This document shows positions 1-7,756 of a DNA stretch of 64,000 nt, in pieces. The position numbers and the translations under genes are program-made. Below the pieces are notes generated by a model. It worked only from the letters and a program-made list of their open reading frames with translations, did not search any database and had not been told where the DNA came from. How positions within the stretch are numbered: the stretch's first letter is position 1; each line of letters starts with the position of its first letter. The stretch is from Alphaproteobacteria bacterium (GTDB taxonomy: Bacteria; Pseudomonadota; Alphaproteobacteria; UBA8366; Aestuariispiraceae): positions 26,656 to 90,655 of the forward strand of contig SPJV01000098.1 in assembly GCA_006844765.1 (NCBI GenBank), in the 5' to 3' direction.

Positions 1-580
1 ACCGCTTTTGACCACGGCGTCCGGTGCGAAGATGGGCAAGTCTGCCGATGGGGCCGTTTGGCTGAATGCGGATCGGCTCTCTGCGTATGACTACTGGCAG
101 TACTGGCGAAACACCGAAGACGCGGATGTCGGACGGTTCCTGAAATTGTTCACTGAATTACCGATGGATGAGATCGCCCGTCTGGAAGCCCTTGAAGGCG
201 CGGAGATCAACGAGGCCAAGAAAGTCCTGGCCGATGAAGCAACGAAACTCTGCCGCGGGGCGGAAGAAGCGGCTGCTGCTGCCGAAACCGCACGAAAGAC
301 TTTCGAGGAAGGCACGGCGGCGAGTGCTGATCTACCGACCATTGATGTTCCGACAGCCGATCTTAATGATGGGATCGGGATCCTGGATGCGTTGACACGT
401 GCTGGCCTGACGCAGTCCAATGGCGATGCGCGGCGGCAGATCAAGGGTGGTGCGGTCAAGGTGAATGACGCCAAGATTGATGATCAGGCACGGCTTCTCC
501 AGTCAGCGGATATCGGGCCTGAGGGAACGATCAAATTATCCCTGGGTAAAAAGCGCCACGTGCTAGTCCGCCCCGTCTAG
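1..580 (+). CDS. tyrS: Tyrosyl-tRNA synthetase, C-terminal part (5' end lies outside the window)
   Basis: The ORF is open to the window edge. It carries the class-I KMGKS signature ([14 protein letters not shown]) and a C-terminal S4-like segment ([13 protein letters not shown]). Confidence 0.9.
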   Translation, partial: PLLTTASGAKMGKSADGAVWLNADRLSAYDYWQYWRNTEDADVGRFLKLFTELPMDEIARLEALEGAEINEAKKVLADEATKLCRGAEEAAAAAETARKTFEEGTAASADLPTIDVPTADLNDGIGILDALTRAGLTQSNGDARRQIKGGAVKVNDAKIDDQARLLQSADIGPEGTIKLSLGKKRHVLVRPV

Positions 581-749
581 AGCCACTCTTTTCTCAGGCA
601 GTTCTTCTTCCTTTGCCGCTTCTTTCGCCACTTCTTTCACCGCATGCGGAGGAGCGGCGTCTCAGCCTGTGCGATGGAACAATTCTTGTGCCTTCTAGTC
701 ACGTTGACGGGCGGGGGGTAGTCGATAGCATGTCGCGATCATTATTCAT

Positions 750-2801
750 GTGGGGATGAAATTTATGGCTGCTTCTAAAGACCCGTTACTGCAACCGCTG
801 AAGATCCGGCATTTGACTTTGAAGAACCGGATCATGAGCACCAGCCATGCGTGCGGGTTGCATGAAAATGGCATGCCAGCGGCCAAATATCAGGCCTATC
901 ATGAAGAAAAAGCCAAGGGCGGGATTGCGCTTTCGATGTTTGGCGGATCGTCAAATGTGGCGCCCGATAGCCCGAACACGTTTGAGCAGCTGAATGTCGG
1001 GGTCGACGAGGTCATTCCGCATCTTCAGAAGTTTTCTGAACGCATGCATAAGCACGGTGCTGCCTTAATGTGCCAGATCACCCATTTGGGACGGCGCGGT
1101 AACACCAATGCCGACGCGATGTTGCCGATGATCGCGCCATCACCGACGCGGGAAACGCTGCACCGTGCCTTTGCCAGGGAAATGGATCGGGAAGACATCG
1201 ACCGGGTGGTGAAGGCCTTTGGTGATGCGGCGTGGCGCTGTAAAGAAGGGGGCCTCGACGGTCTGGAAACACTGGCGGGCGGGCATTTGATCGGGCAGTT
1301 CTTGTCCCCCAATACCAACCAGCGGACGGATGACTTCGGCGGTTCGTTAGAGAATCGCTGCCGGTTCGGCTTAATGGTCTATGAGGAAATTCGCCGGCGT
1401 GTCGGCCCGGACTTCATCGTAGGCTTCCGCTATGTGGTGGATGAAGGCTTGGAAGGCGGCCTTAACTTTGATGAATGCGTGCGGGCTGCTGAAATCTTCC
1501 AGGAAACCGGGATGCTGGATTTCTTCAACGCGATCTATGGGCGGATGGATACAGCGCGGAACCTGGCCGAAGACAATATGCCGGGGATGGCGATGCCGTC
1601 TGCGCCATGGCTGAAGAAGGCGGCAGCTTTCAAACAAGCGATGAAGCTTCCGGTATTTCATGCCGCGCGGATTTCTGACTTGGCAACCGCACGCCATGCG
1701 ATATCGGAAGGGTTGATCGATATGGCCGGCATGACCCGCGCCCATATCGCCGATCCGCATTTGATCAGGAAGTTGGAGCGCGGAGAAGCAGACCGCGTTC
1801 GTCCCTGCCTGGGCGCGACTTACTGCATGGGCGCGCACCGACCAACCTGCGTTCATAACGCAGTGACGGGTCGGGAGACCAAGTATGATCACGATATTGC
1901 CCCGACCAATGGCCCAGCGAAGAAGGTTGTGGTGATCGGTGGCGGTCCGGCAGGTCTTGAGGCGGCACGTATCTCTGCATTGCGCGGGCACAAGGTCTCG
2001 CTGTACGAGGCAGCCCCACGCCTGGGCGGTCAGGTTCGGATCGCGATGGGGGCCAGCTGGCGGGGTGACCTCGTCGGTCTTGTCGACTGGCGGGAAGGCG
2101 AGCTTGGCCATCTGGGGGTCGAAGTCCATACCGAGCGGTATATGGACACCGCAGATATCGAGGCCTTGGAGCCCGATGTGGTCATCATGGCGACCGGCGG
2201 GATTCCGGATATCGATTGGCTGGAAGGTGTCGAACATGTCACCAGCGCCTGGGATGCCTTGCAAAGCAAACCGGATCCGACGGAAGAGGTTCTGATCTGG
2301 GATGGGACAGGACGCGCGGTCGGGCCAGCCCTGGCCGAGCGTTTCGCCGATGTCGGTGCCCGGGTTTCCTACTCGGCAATTGATGACAGTGTCGCGCCGG
2401 AAGCACCCTATGCGGATCGGACCTTCTGGAAGAAGAGCCTCTACGAAAATGGGATCATCGTTGATTTCGACCGAACCCTCACATCGGTTCGGCGGAGTGG
2501 AAACCGGCTGACGGCAACGATTGAGAACGACATCACCAACGAGATCATTGAGGTCGAAGTGGACCGCGTCGTTGTTGAGCGAGGGACGATCCCGGCGGAT
2601 GATCTGTACCAGGAAATCCGGGACAAGGCGGTAAATCGCGGCGTCACCGATATCGCAGCCACTGTCGCGGACGCGCCGCAACCCTATGAGACTGCGGAGA
2701 ATGGCAGTGGATATCGGGTTTATCGTGTCGGGGATTGTGTCACGTCTCGTGATATCCCAGCGGCGATCTATGATGCCTTCAGGCTCTGCCGGTTGTTGTA
2801 G
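750..2801 (+). CDS. Two-domain flavoenzyme: OYE-like NADH:flavin oxidoreductase N-domain plus FAD/NAD(P)-binding C-domain (2,4-dienoyl-CoA reductase / N-methylproline demethylase-like family)
   Basis: 683-aa ORF. The N-domain has OYE-type segments (LKNRIMSTSH, CQITHLGRRG, GGHLIGQFLSPNTNQRTDDFGGSLENR). A dinucleotide-binding motif (KVVVIGGGPAGLEAA) follows. The GTG at 750 is taken as the start, but the ATG at 756 or 765 is also possible. Confidence 0.8.
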   Translation: MGMKFMAASKDPLLQPLKIRHLTLKNRIMSTSHACGLHENGMPAAKYQAYHEEKAKGGIALSMFGGSSNVAPDSPNTFEQLNVGVDEVIPHLQKFSERMHKHGAALMCQITHLGRRGNTNADAMLPMIAPSPTRETLHRAFAREMDREDIDRVVKAFGDAAWRCKEGGLDGLETLAGGHLIGQFLSPNTNQRTDDFGGSLENRCRFGLMVYEEIRRRVGPDFIVGFRYVVDEGLEGGLNFDECVRAAEIFQETGMLDFFNAIYGRMDTARNLAEDNMPGMAMPSAPWLKKAAAFKQAMKLPVFHAARISDLATARHAISEGLIDMAGMTRAHIADPHLIRKLERGEADRVRPCLGATYCMGAHRPTCVHNAVTGRETKYDHDIAPTNGPAKKVVVIGGGPAGLEAARISALRGHKVSLYEAAPRLGGQVRIAMGASWRGDLVGLVDWREGELGHLGVEVHTERYMDTADIEALEPDVVIMATGGIPDIDWLEGVEHVTSAWDALQSKPDPTEEVLIWDGTGRAVGPALAERFADVGARVSYSAIDDSVAPEAPYADRTFWKKSLYENGIIVDFDRTLTSVRRSGNRLTATIENDITNEIIEVEVDRVVVERGTIPADDLYQEIRDKAVNRGVTDIAATVADAPQPYETAENGSGYRVYRVGDCVTSRDIPAAIYDAFRLCRLL

Positions 2802-2878
2802 GGACTGTTTTTTTGACGCTACATCGGCCTGTCTAACCACTTGAGTTTACGCCGCGTTTGGGGTCACATGCCTGGGTT

Positions 2879-3958
2879 ATGAGGCTGAAGACTTTCCATG
2901 CTGAAACGCTGGCTGCGGCGTTGGAACTTGTCCGGGATACGCTGGGCGAGCAGGCGATCATTGTCTCCACGCAGGAAGACGATGCCGGGCGCGGCGCCCG
3001 TGTAACCGCCGCGATGGAAGAGCGGGAAGAGGCTTTCAACTTCTTCACGGAAGGCGCGCCATCTGAAGTTCTGGAAGAACTGACCGTTGTCCTGGAACGC
3101 CAAGGTGTCCCTTCGGAGCTTGTGGACCGCTTGGTTTCTGCGGCAGAAGATACCGGCGAGCATGACGCGGGGATGGCCCTGGCAGGTGCCCTGGATCAGA
3201 CCTTCCGGTTCTCGGCTTTGCCATCCGGGCCGGGTGGGCCACCTTTAATGCTGGTCGGACCGCCCGGGGTTGGCAAGACTGTCAGTTGCGCGAAACTCGC
3301 CGCGCGGGCGGCCTTGGCTGCCAAGCCTGACGCACCGGTTCCGGCTGTCCTCATCGCGGCTGATCCAGTGCGCGTCGGTGCGGTTGAGCAATTGGCTGCC
3401 TATGCGGAGATGCTGGGGGTTACCCTGCATGAAGCGAAAGATGCGGATGGACTTGTCCGGGCGCTTTCCCAATGTCGCCGGCGGGAATTGATTTTGATCG
3501 ACACGCCGGGCGCCAATCCCTACGCATTGGAAGAGATTGTGCATTTGGCTGAGCTTGGGAAAAGCGGTGAACCGGATGTTGCGCTGGTGCTATCAGCGGG
3601 CCGGGATCCGGAAGAAGCGGTGGAGATCGCACGGGCATTTCGCCCGGTCGGCGCGACGCGGCTCGTCACGACCGGGGTCGACATGACGCGGCGGTTGGGC
3701 TCGATGCTTGCGGCTGCGGATGCGGCGGATCTCGCCTTATCCGACATTTCGGAAGCGCCGGAGATCGGTAAGGGCCTGCGTCCGATCAATCCGATCAGTC
3801 TGGCGAAGTTGTTGATGCCGGAGCAGCGGTCGGAGAAACCGGCAAATGCGGTTGAGAAGACGGATGTTAAACGCAGTGACGCAAAGACGCCGACTGACGA
3901 AGAGAGCGCACTTGAACCTGAGAGCGCCAATGGTTTTGAACGAGGGCTGACACCATGA
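2879..3958 (+). CDS. flhF: Flagellar biosynthesis SRP-type GTPase FlhF
   Basis: The N-terminus MRLKTFHAETLAAALELVRDTLG is typical of FlhF. GTPase motifs are present: LVGPPGVGKT, LIDTPGANP and TRLVTTGVD. The in-frame ATG at 2879 was chosen over 2858. Confidence 0.85.
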   Translation: MRLKTFHAETLAAALELVRDTLGEQAIIVSTQEDDAGRGARVTAAMEEREEAFNFFTEGAPSEVLEELTVVLERQGVPSELVDRLVSAAEDTGEHDAGMALAGALDQTFRFSALPSGPGGPPLMLVGPPGVGKTVSCAKLAARAALAAKPDAPVPAVLIAADPVRVGAVEQLAAYAEMLGVTLHEAKDADGLVRALSQCRRRELILIDTPGANPYALEEIVHLAELGKSGEPDVALVLSAGRDPEEAVEIARAFRPVGATRLVTTGVDMTRRLGSMLAAADAADLALSDISEAPEIGKGLRPINPISLAKLLMPEQRSEKPANAVEKTDVKRSDAKTPTDEESALEPESANGFERGLTP

Positions 3959-4725
3959 CCGGGGCAACAGGGGCAACAGGGGCAACACGCCGCGCCAATA
4001 ACGTTATCGCCGTTGCGTCCGGCAAGGGTGGCGTGGGAAAGACATGGTTCTCCATAACGCTGAGCCATGCCCTGGCGCGTGCCGGTCGGCGGACCTTGCT
4101 GTTTGATGGGGATTTGGGGCTCGCCAATATCGATATTCAGCTGGGTCTCTCGGATTTGCGGGATGTTGGCCATGCCTTGTCTGGAAAGGCGCGGATGGCG
4201 CAATGCGTGACCCGTGTGCCTGCGGTTGGCTTCGATGTGCTCGCCGGGCGATCTGGCAGTGGGGCGCTTGCGACCCTGCCGCCGCCACGGATCGAACGGA
4301 TTGGGCAGGAATTGACGACCTTGGCGGAGAAATATGATCACCTGTTGATTGATCTCGGTGCCGGCGTTGATAAGACCGTTCAGATGTTGGCGGCCAAAGC
4401 GGATGTTTGCCTGTTGCTGGTGAATGATGAGCCGACGTCCCTGACCGATGCTTATGCCTTTATCAAGCTTGGTTGGCAGAATCATCCCGATATGGATATC
4501 CGGGTCGTCGTGAACAGCGCCGATTCTCAGGACGCAGGCAGGAAGACTTATGAGACCTTGTCCAATGCGTGTAAGAATTTCCTGAAGCGGACGCCCGGTT
4601 TTGCCGGTGTGATCCGTCGGGATGCACGGGTGCGCGATGCGATCCGGGCCCAATCTCCGCTGATTACACGATCACCGAAGTCGGAAGCAGCGGCGGATGT
4701 CGAAGCCTTGGTGCGCGGGCTCTAG
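3955..4725 (+). CDS. flhG: MinD/ParA-type flagellar number regulator FlhG/FleN
   Basis: Deviant Walker A (ASGKGGVGKT) followed by LLFDGDLGLANID. The start overlaps the flhF stop as ATGA. Confidence 0.85.
   Translation: MTGATGATGATRRANNVIAVASGKGGVGKTWFSITLSHALARAGRRTLLFDGDLGLANIDIQLGLSDLRDVGHALSGKARMAQCVTRVPAVGFDVLAGRSGSGALATLPPPRIERIGQELTTLAEKYDHLLIDLGAGVDKTVQMLAAKADVCLLLVNDEPTSLTDAYAFIKLGWQNHPDMDIRVVVNSADSQDAGRKTYETLSNACKNFLKRTPGFAGVIRRDARVRDAIRAQSPLITRSPKSEAAADVEALVRGL
3961..3987. repeat. Perfect 9-bp tandem repeat (GGGGCAACA) x3 inside the first codons of flhG
   Basis: Read directly from the sequence: ggggcaaca ggggcaaca ggggcaaca. The repeat is in frame and encodes GATGATGAT. Confidence 0.95.
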
Positions 4726-4778
4726 CCTGTATCAAACCGGGTCGTGAACGGGTGAAAACGGCCAGAAAATCGGCCGCG

Positions 4779-4794
4779 TGGCGTGTTTCTTGCT
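4779..4794 (+). promoter_or_regulatory. Candidate sigma54 (-24/-12) promoter upstream of the FliK-like gene
   Basis: TGGCGTGTTTCTTGCT compared with consensus TGGCACG-N4-TTGCW. The GG and GC dinucleotides have the correct 10-nt spacing. The site lies about 90 nt upstream of the ATG at 4885. Confidence 0.35.
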
Positions 4795-4884
4795 TGAATG
4801 ATGGGGGTAAGTTTCCGTCGCGCAGAAGCGCCGATGGCGGTATGGTCTTGAAAATGGTCGAAGAACCGGCCGAAAGGACGAGGC

Positions 4885-6405
4885 ATGCAGACGCCCATCC
4901 AGACGACACTTCCGCAGGCCGTTCAACAGCTTGCGGCGCAACAAGGCGCTGTTGCCGGGCAGGCGCGCGCGCTTGCCTTGCCGCCGGCGCTTAGTCAGGC
5001 TCTTGCTGATGGCGCGCAGCTTGCGGGCCAAGTCAGTGCAAAGCCACTGCCGGGACAGCTGACCGTGACGACATCGGCAGGCGCGGTTCAACTCCAAACA
5101 GCGTTGCCGCTGCCGCAGAATGCGTCCGTCACGCTCCAACTCCTCAGCGCCGGACCGCCGGCAACCCTGCAGATTCAAACGCAGGCGCAGGCAGGCCAAA
5201 ACAGTGGCGCCGGGGCTGCGGGAAGCGGTTCGACCGGGGCCGCCGCGGCGGGCGCAACCGGCGGTTCATCCGGCCCGGCCGTGGTCACGACCTTGACGCA
5301 AGGCACGGTTGTCCAGGCAACGTTGATAGCCCAGCCGGCTCAGGCTGCTGCTGCAAATGCGGCGAATGCCGCACAGGTCCAGACGGGCGCCGGTACTGCA
5401 GCAGCGAATGCAAGCGCCAGCTCTCAGACCGCAACCAGCCCGCAAGCGGGGGCGGCAGGGGCTACACCGCAATCGACGACCCTACCGCTGAACAGCAATC
5501 TTCCAATCCGTATTTTGGACTTCGCACTGCCGGGGCAGGGCGGGCTGAAAGCGGGGGCTGGAAGTGCAGGTTCGATAACGGGCACTGTCGTCAATAGCGG
5601 CGGTGGCGGCCTGACATCGTTACAAACACCGCTCGGGACACTCAGTCTTGCGACCAGTCAGCCGCTGCCGGAAGGAACACAAGTGCTGTTCGAGCTTGCC
5701 GGTGCCGCCCGGGCGCCCGCCAATGCCGGGGCTTCCTTTAATCTGCAGCGCTGGGAAGGGCTTAAGGAAGCGATGACCTTGTTGCAGCAAGGCAATCCGG
5801 GGGCAGCCCAGCAGGTGCTGCAATCCGTCGTTCCCCAGCCGGGCGCGCAGATGGGATCGGCGATGCTGTTTTTTATGTCCGCTTTGCGGGGTGGAGGCAT
5901 GGAGCGTCTTCTTGGCAGCGACCACACGAAGGCCATTGAGCGTGCCGGAGGTCGGCCTGCCCTGGGGCGCGCGGATTCGGAACTATCCGCAGGCGTTGGC
6001 AAAGCCCGTGATAGCGGGGGGGGCGAATGGCGTGCCTATAGCCTGCCGATGCAGCAGGGTGGTGAAATTGATACGATCCGGCTCTATGTGCGGGGCGAAC
6101 GCGATGAAGCCGCTGAGGAAGAGGAAAATGCCAATAGCCGCGCTCCCGCAAAGCGGTTTATCATCGAAGCTAATTTCTCCCGCCTGGGGCCGTTTCAGTT
6201 CGATGGCCTTGCCAGGGATAAGCAGATTGATCTGATGGTTCGCACTCACCAGCCGCTGCCGGATGGCATGCGCGATGATATTCGGGATATCTTCACCAAT
6301 GCCACCAGCGCCTTGGGGCTGATGGGGCGTGCAGATTTCCATGTGGTCAAGCGCTTCGATGTCGTCTTTGAAGAGGTAAACGCAGCCGGGGGCGTTCTGG
6401 TCTGA
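4885..6405 (+). CDS. Flagellar hook-length control (FliK)-like protein, Ala/Gly/Gln-rich
   Basis: The gene follows flhF-flhG. It has a long low-complexity A/G/Q/T centre. The C-terminal block (FIIEANFSRLGPFQFDGLARDKQIDLMVRTHQPLPDGMRDDIRDIFTNATSALGLMG) has the alternating pattern of the FliK C-terminal domain. The assignment rests on pattern and context only. Confidence 0.5.
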   Translation: MQTPIQTTLPQAVQQLAAQQGAVAGQARALALPPALSQALADGAQLAGQVSAKPLPGQLTVTTSAGAVQLQTALPLPQNASVTLQLLSAGPPATLQIQTQAQAGQNSGAGAAGSGSTGAAAAGATGGSSGPAVVTTLTQGTVVQATLIAQPAQAAAANAANAAQVQTGAGTAAANASASSQTATSPQAGAAGATPQSTTLPLNSNLPIRILDFALPGQGGLKAGAGSAGSITGTVVNSGGGGLTSLQTPLGTLSLATSQPLPEGTQVLFELAGAARAPANAGASFNLQRWEGLKEAMTLLQQGNPGAAQQVLQSVVPQPGAQMGSAMLFFMSALRGGGMERLLGSDHTKAIERAGGRPALGRADSELSAGVGKARDSGGGEWRAYSLPMQQGGEIDTIRLYVRGERDEAAEEEENANSRAPAKRFIIEANFSRLGPFQFDGLARDKQIDLMVRTHQPLPDGMRDDIRDIFTNATSALGLMGRADFHVVKRFDVVFEEVNAAGGVLV

Positions 6406-6812
6406 TGCCGCGTGAAGTACCGGATATCGCGGCGGAAGCCGCAGCGATCACGCGGGAGCTCGCGAGCCGCGAAACGCTTTTGCCCACCGTTTCCAATCCG
6501 GAAATTAAGGTCGATGCGCTTTGCCGGCTTGAAGCGGAATGTGTCGCATTAGACCTGCCGATGACGGTGATTTATGTCCCTGATAAACTGTTGGTCGCCG
6601 AAGGCGGCTTCCGGCAATTTGCGGGCGCTTTCAAGCCGGAAGGGCAGGTTCTGGAGGCACGGGCTATCGATATATTAAGGGCGATGGTCGATGAGTTGAT
6701 CCCACGTTGGATCCAGCTCCGCCTTGGCACCGGCAGCCATCGTGTCCTGTTGGAAGACCGGCAACCGAAATGGTCGAATGACGCACTTTTGAACCGCTTG
6801 GATCCGTTCTAG
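6405..6812 (+). CDS. Hypothetical protein, translationally coupled to the FliK-like gene
   Basis: 135-aa ORF. Its ATG shares one base with the upstream TGA (TGATG). I recognise no diagnostic motif. Confidence 0.5.
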   Translation: MPREVPDIAAEAAAITRELASRETLLPTVSNPEIKVDALCRLEAECVALDLPMTVIYVPDKLLVAEGGFRQFAGAFKPEGQVLEARAIDILRAMVDELIPRWIQLRLGTGSHRVLLEDRQPKWSNDALLNRLDPF

Positions 6813-7582
6813 CGCGGACTTACCGTTTCAAGCGGACCTACCGTTTCAAGCGGACCGCCTGAAACCTGCCGTTTGATAATCGCTGCGCATTTCCTCAACC
6901 GGGCATTGGTGAAATACAATCCGCCATCGTCGTGGTCCAAAAGGAAGGTCTGTCCGTAGGGCTCCCGTCGTTCATCATGCGCGACAAGGGCGTCCAGAAT
7001 GGCTGGGATTTCATTGCGACGGTCCGTATGCAAAAGCTTTAGCAGCATTAGGGCATTGCGATAATGATTGGCTTCGTCTCGATTGGTGAGCCTGACCCAG
7101 CGACCGGCTGCCGGATGGATCGAGCCATAGAGATCGTAATCCATTGCATAGGCCTGGACGGTGACGCGTTCGTCATAAGCAAAGGCTGTCAGCATCGCCA
7201 ATTCGTCGTTGAGAAACGGAGTCAGGGGGCCAAAATCGGGCTTGCGCTCGGCCATTCGGCTATCGATTTCTGCTTCCGTAATTCCCGCTGCAAGAGACAA
7301 GAGCCGCCTTAGGCCGAAATAGTGATTTTCCTCGTCATGAGCCCAATAATCGAGGAAGAGCTTACACGGGGCAGAAATCGACATGCCCTGAGCCTCCAAA
7401 TAGGGTCTCAAATGGCGGGCGTCATATTCTGTCCCGGCATCGTTCCAAAAGAGGGCGATGATCCCCTCGCGCTCTGCCGGGTCGATGGCAAGTTCCTCTG
7501 GACCGACATCCCCAAGAATGTCGAGCGCCTGCCAATTGGCGCGCTTTAATTTGCGGGATGCTGTTTGAGAAAGATCACTCAT
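6809..7582 (-). CDS. Ferritin-like di-iron carboxylate protein (two E...EXXH motifs, AurF-like oxygenase fold suspected)
   Basis: WAHDEENHYFGLRRLL and TNRDEANHYRNALMLL each give a DE-x-x-H motif. Each is preceded by an upstream Glu (DAGTEYDA, AFAYDERV). This is the classic four-helix di-iron pattern. Confidence 0.6.
   Translation of the reverse strand: MSDLSQTASRKLKRANWQALDILGDVGPEELAIDPAEREGIIALFWNDAGTEYDARHLRPYLEAQGMSISAPCKLFLDYWAHDEENHYFGLRRLLSLAAGITEAEIDSRMAERKPDFGPLTPFLNDELAMLTAFAYDERVTVQAYAMDYDLYGSIHPAAGRWVRLTNRDEANHYRNALMLLKLLHTDRRNEIPAILDALVAHDERREPYGQTFLLDHDDGGLYFTNARLRKCAAIIKRQVSGGPLETVGPLETVSPR
6814..6855. repeat. 18-bp tandem repeat (2 full copies plus a partial third) in the 3' end of the di-iron gene
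   Basis: gcggacttaccgtttcaa / gcggacctaccgtttcaa / gcggac... The repeat encodes GPLETV GPLETV at the C-terminus of the minus-strand protein. Confidence 0.9.
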
Positions 7583-7756
7583 GACCTGTCACTCTCATAT
7601 TGCGGAACAAACCTAAGGGTACAGCCATGACGCAATTTTGATCAAGTGATACATCCATTACTCGTGTGCCAACATCAACCGCATTTTCGACAATCCGGAC
7701 TGGCACCACCGCCGCCGCTTGCTATGCTGCGTCCATCGAAAGCCGAGGAGAGCACA

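Noticed and set aside
1371-2840. 489-aa minus-strand ORF antisense to the OYE-type flavoenzyme gene. There are similar long antisense ORFs at 3520-4653, 9314-10087, 17281-18186, 21885-22886, 23247-24095, 24597-25994, 32260-33234, 38145-39044 and 39072-39971.
   Set aside because: Each lies fully inside a gene with strong motif-level support on the opposite strand. Each translates to low-complexity Arg/Pro/Gly/His-rich sequence with no recognisable motif. This is typical of GC-rich genomes.
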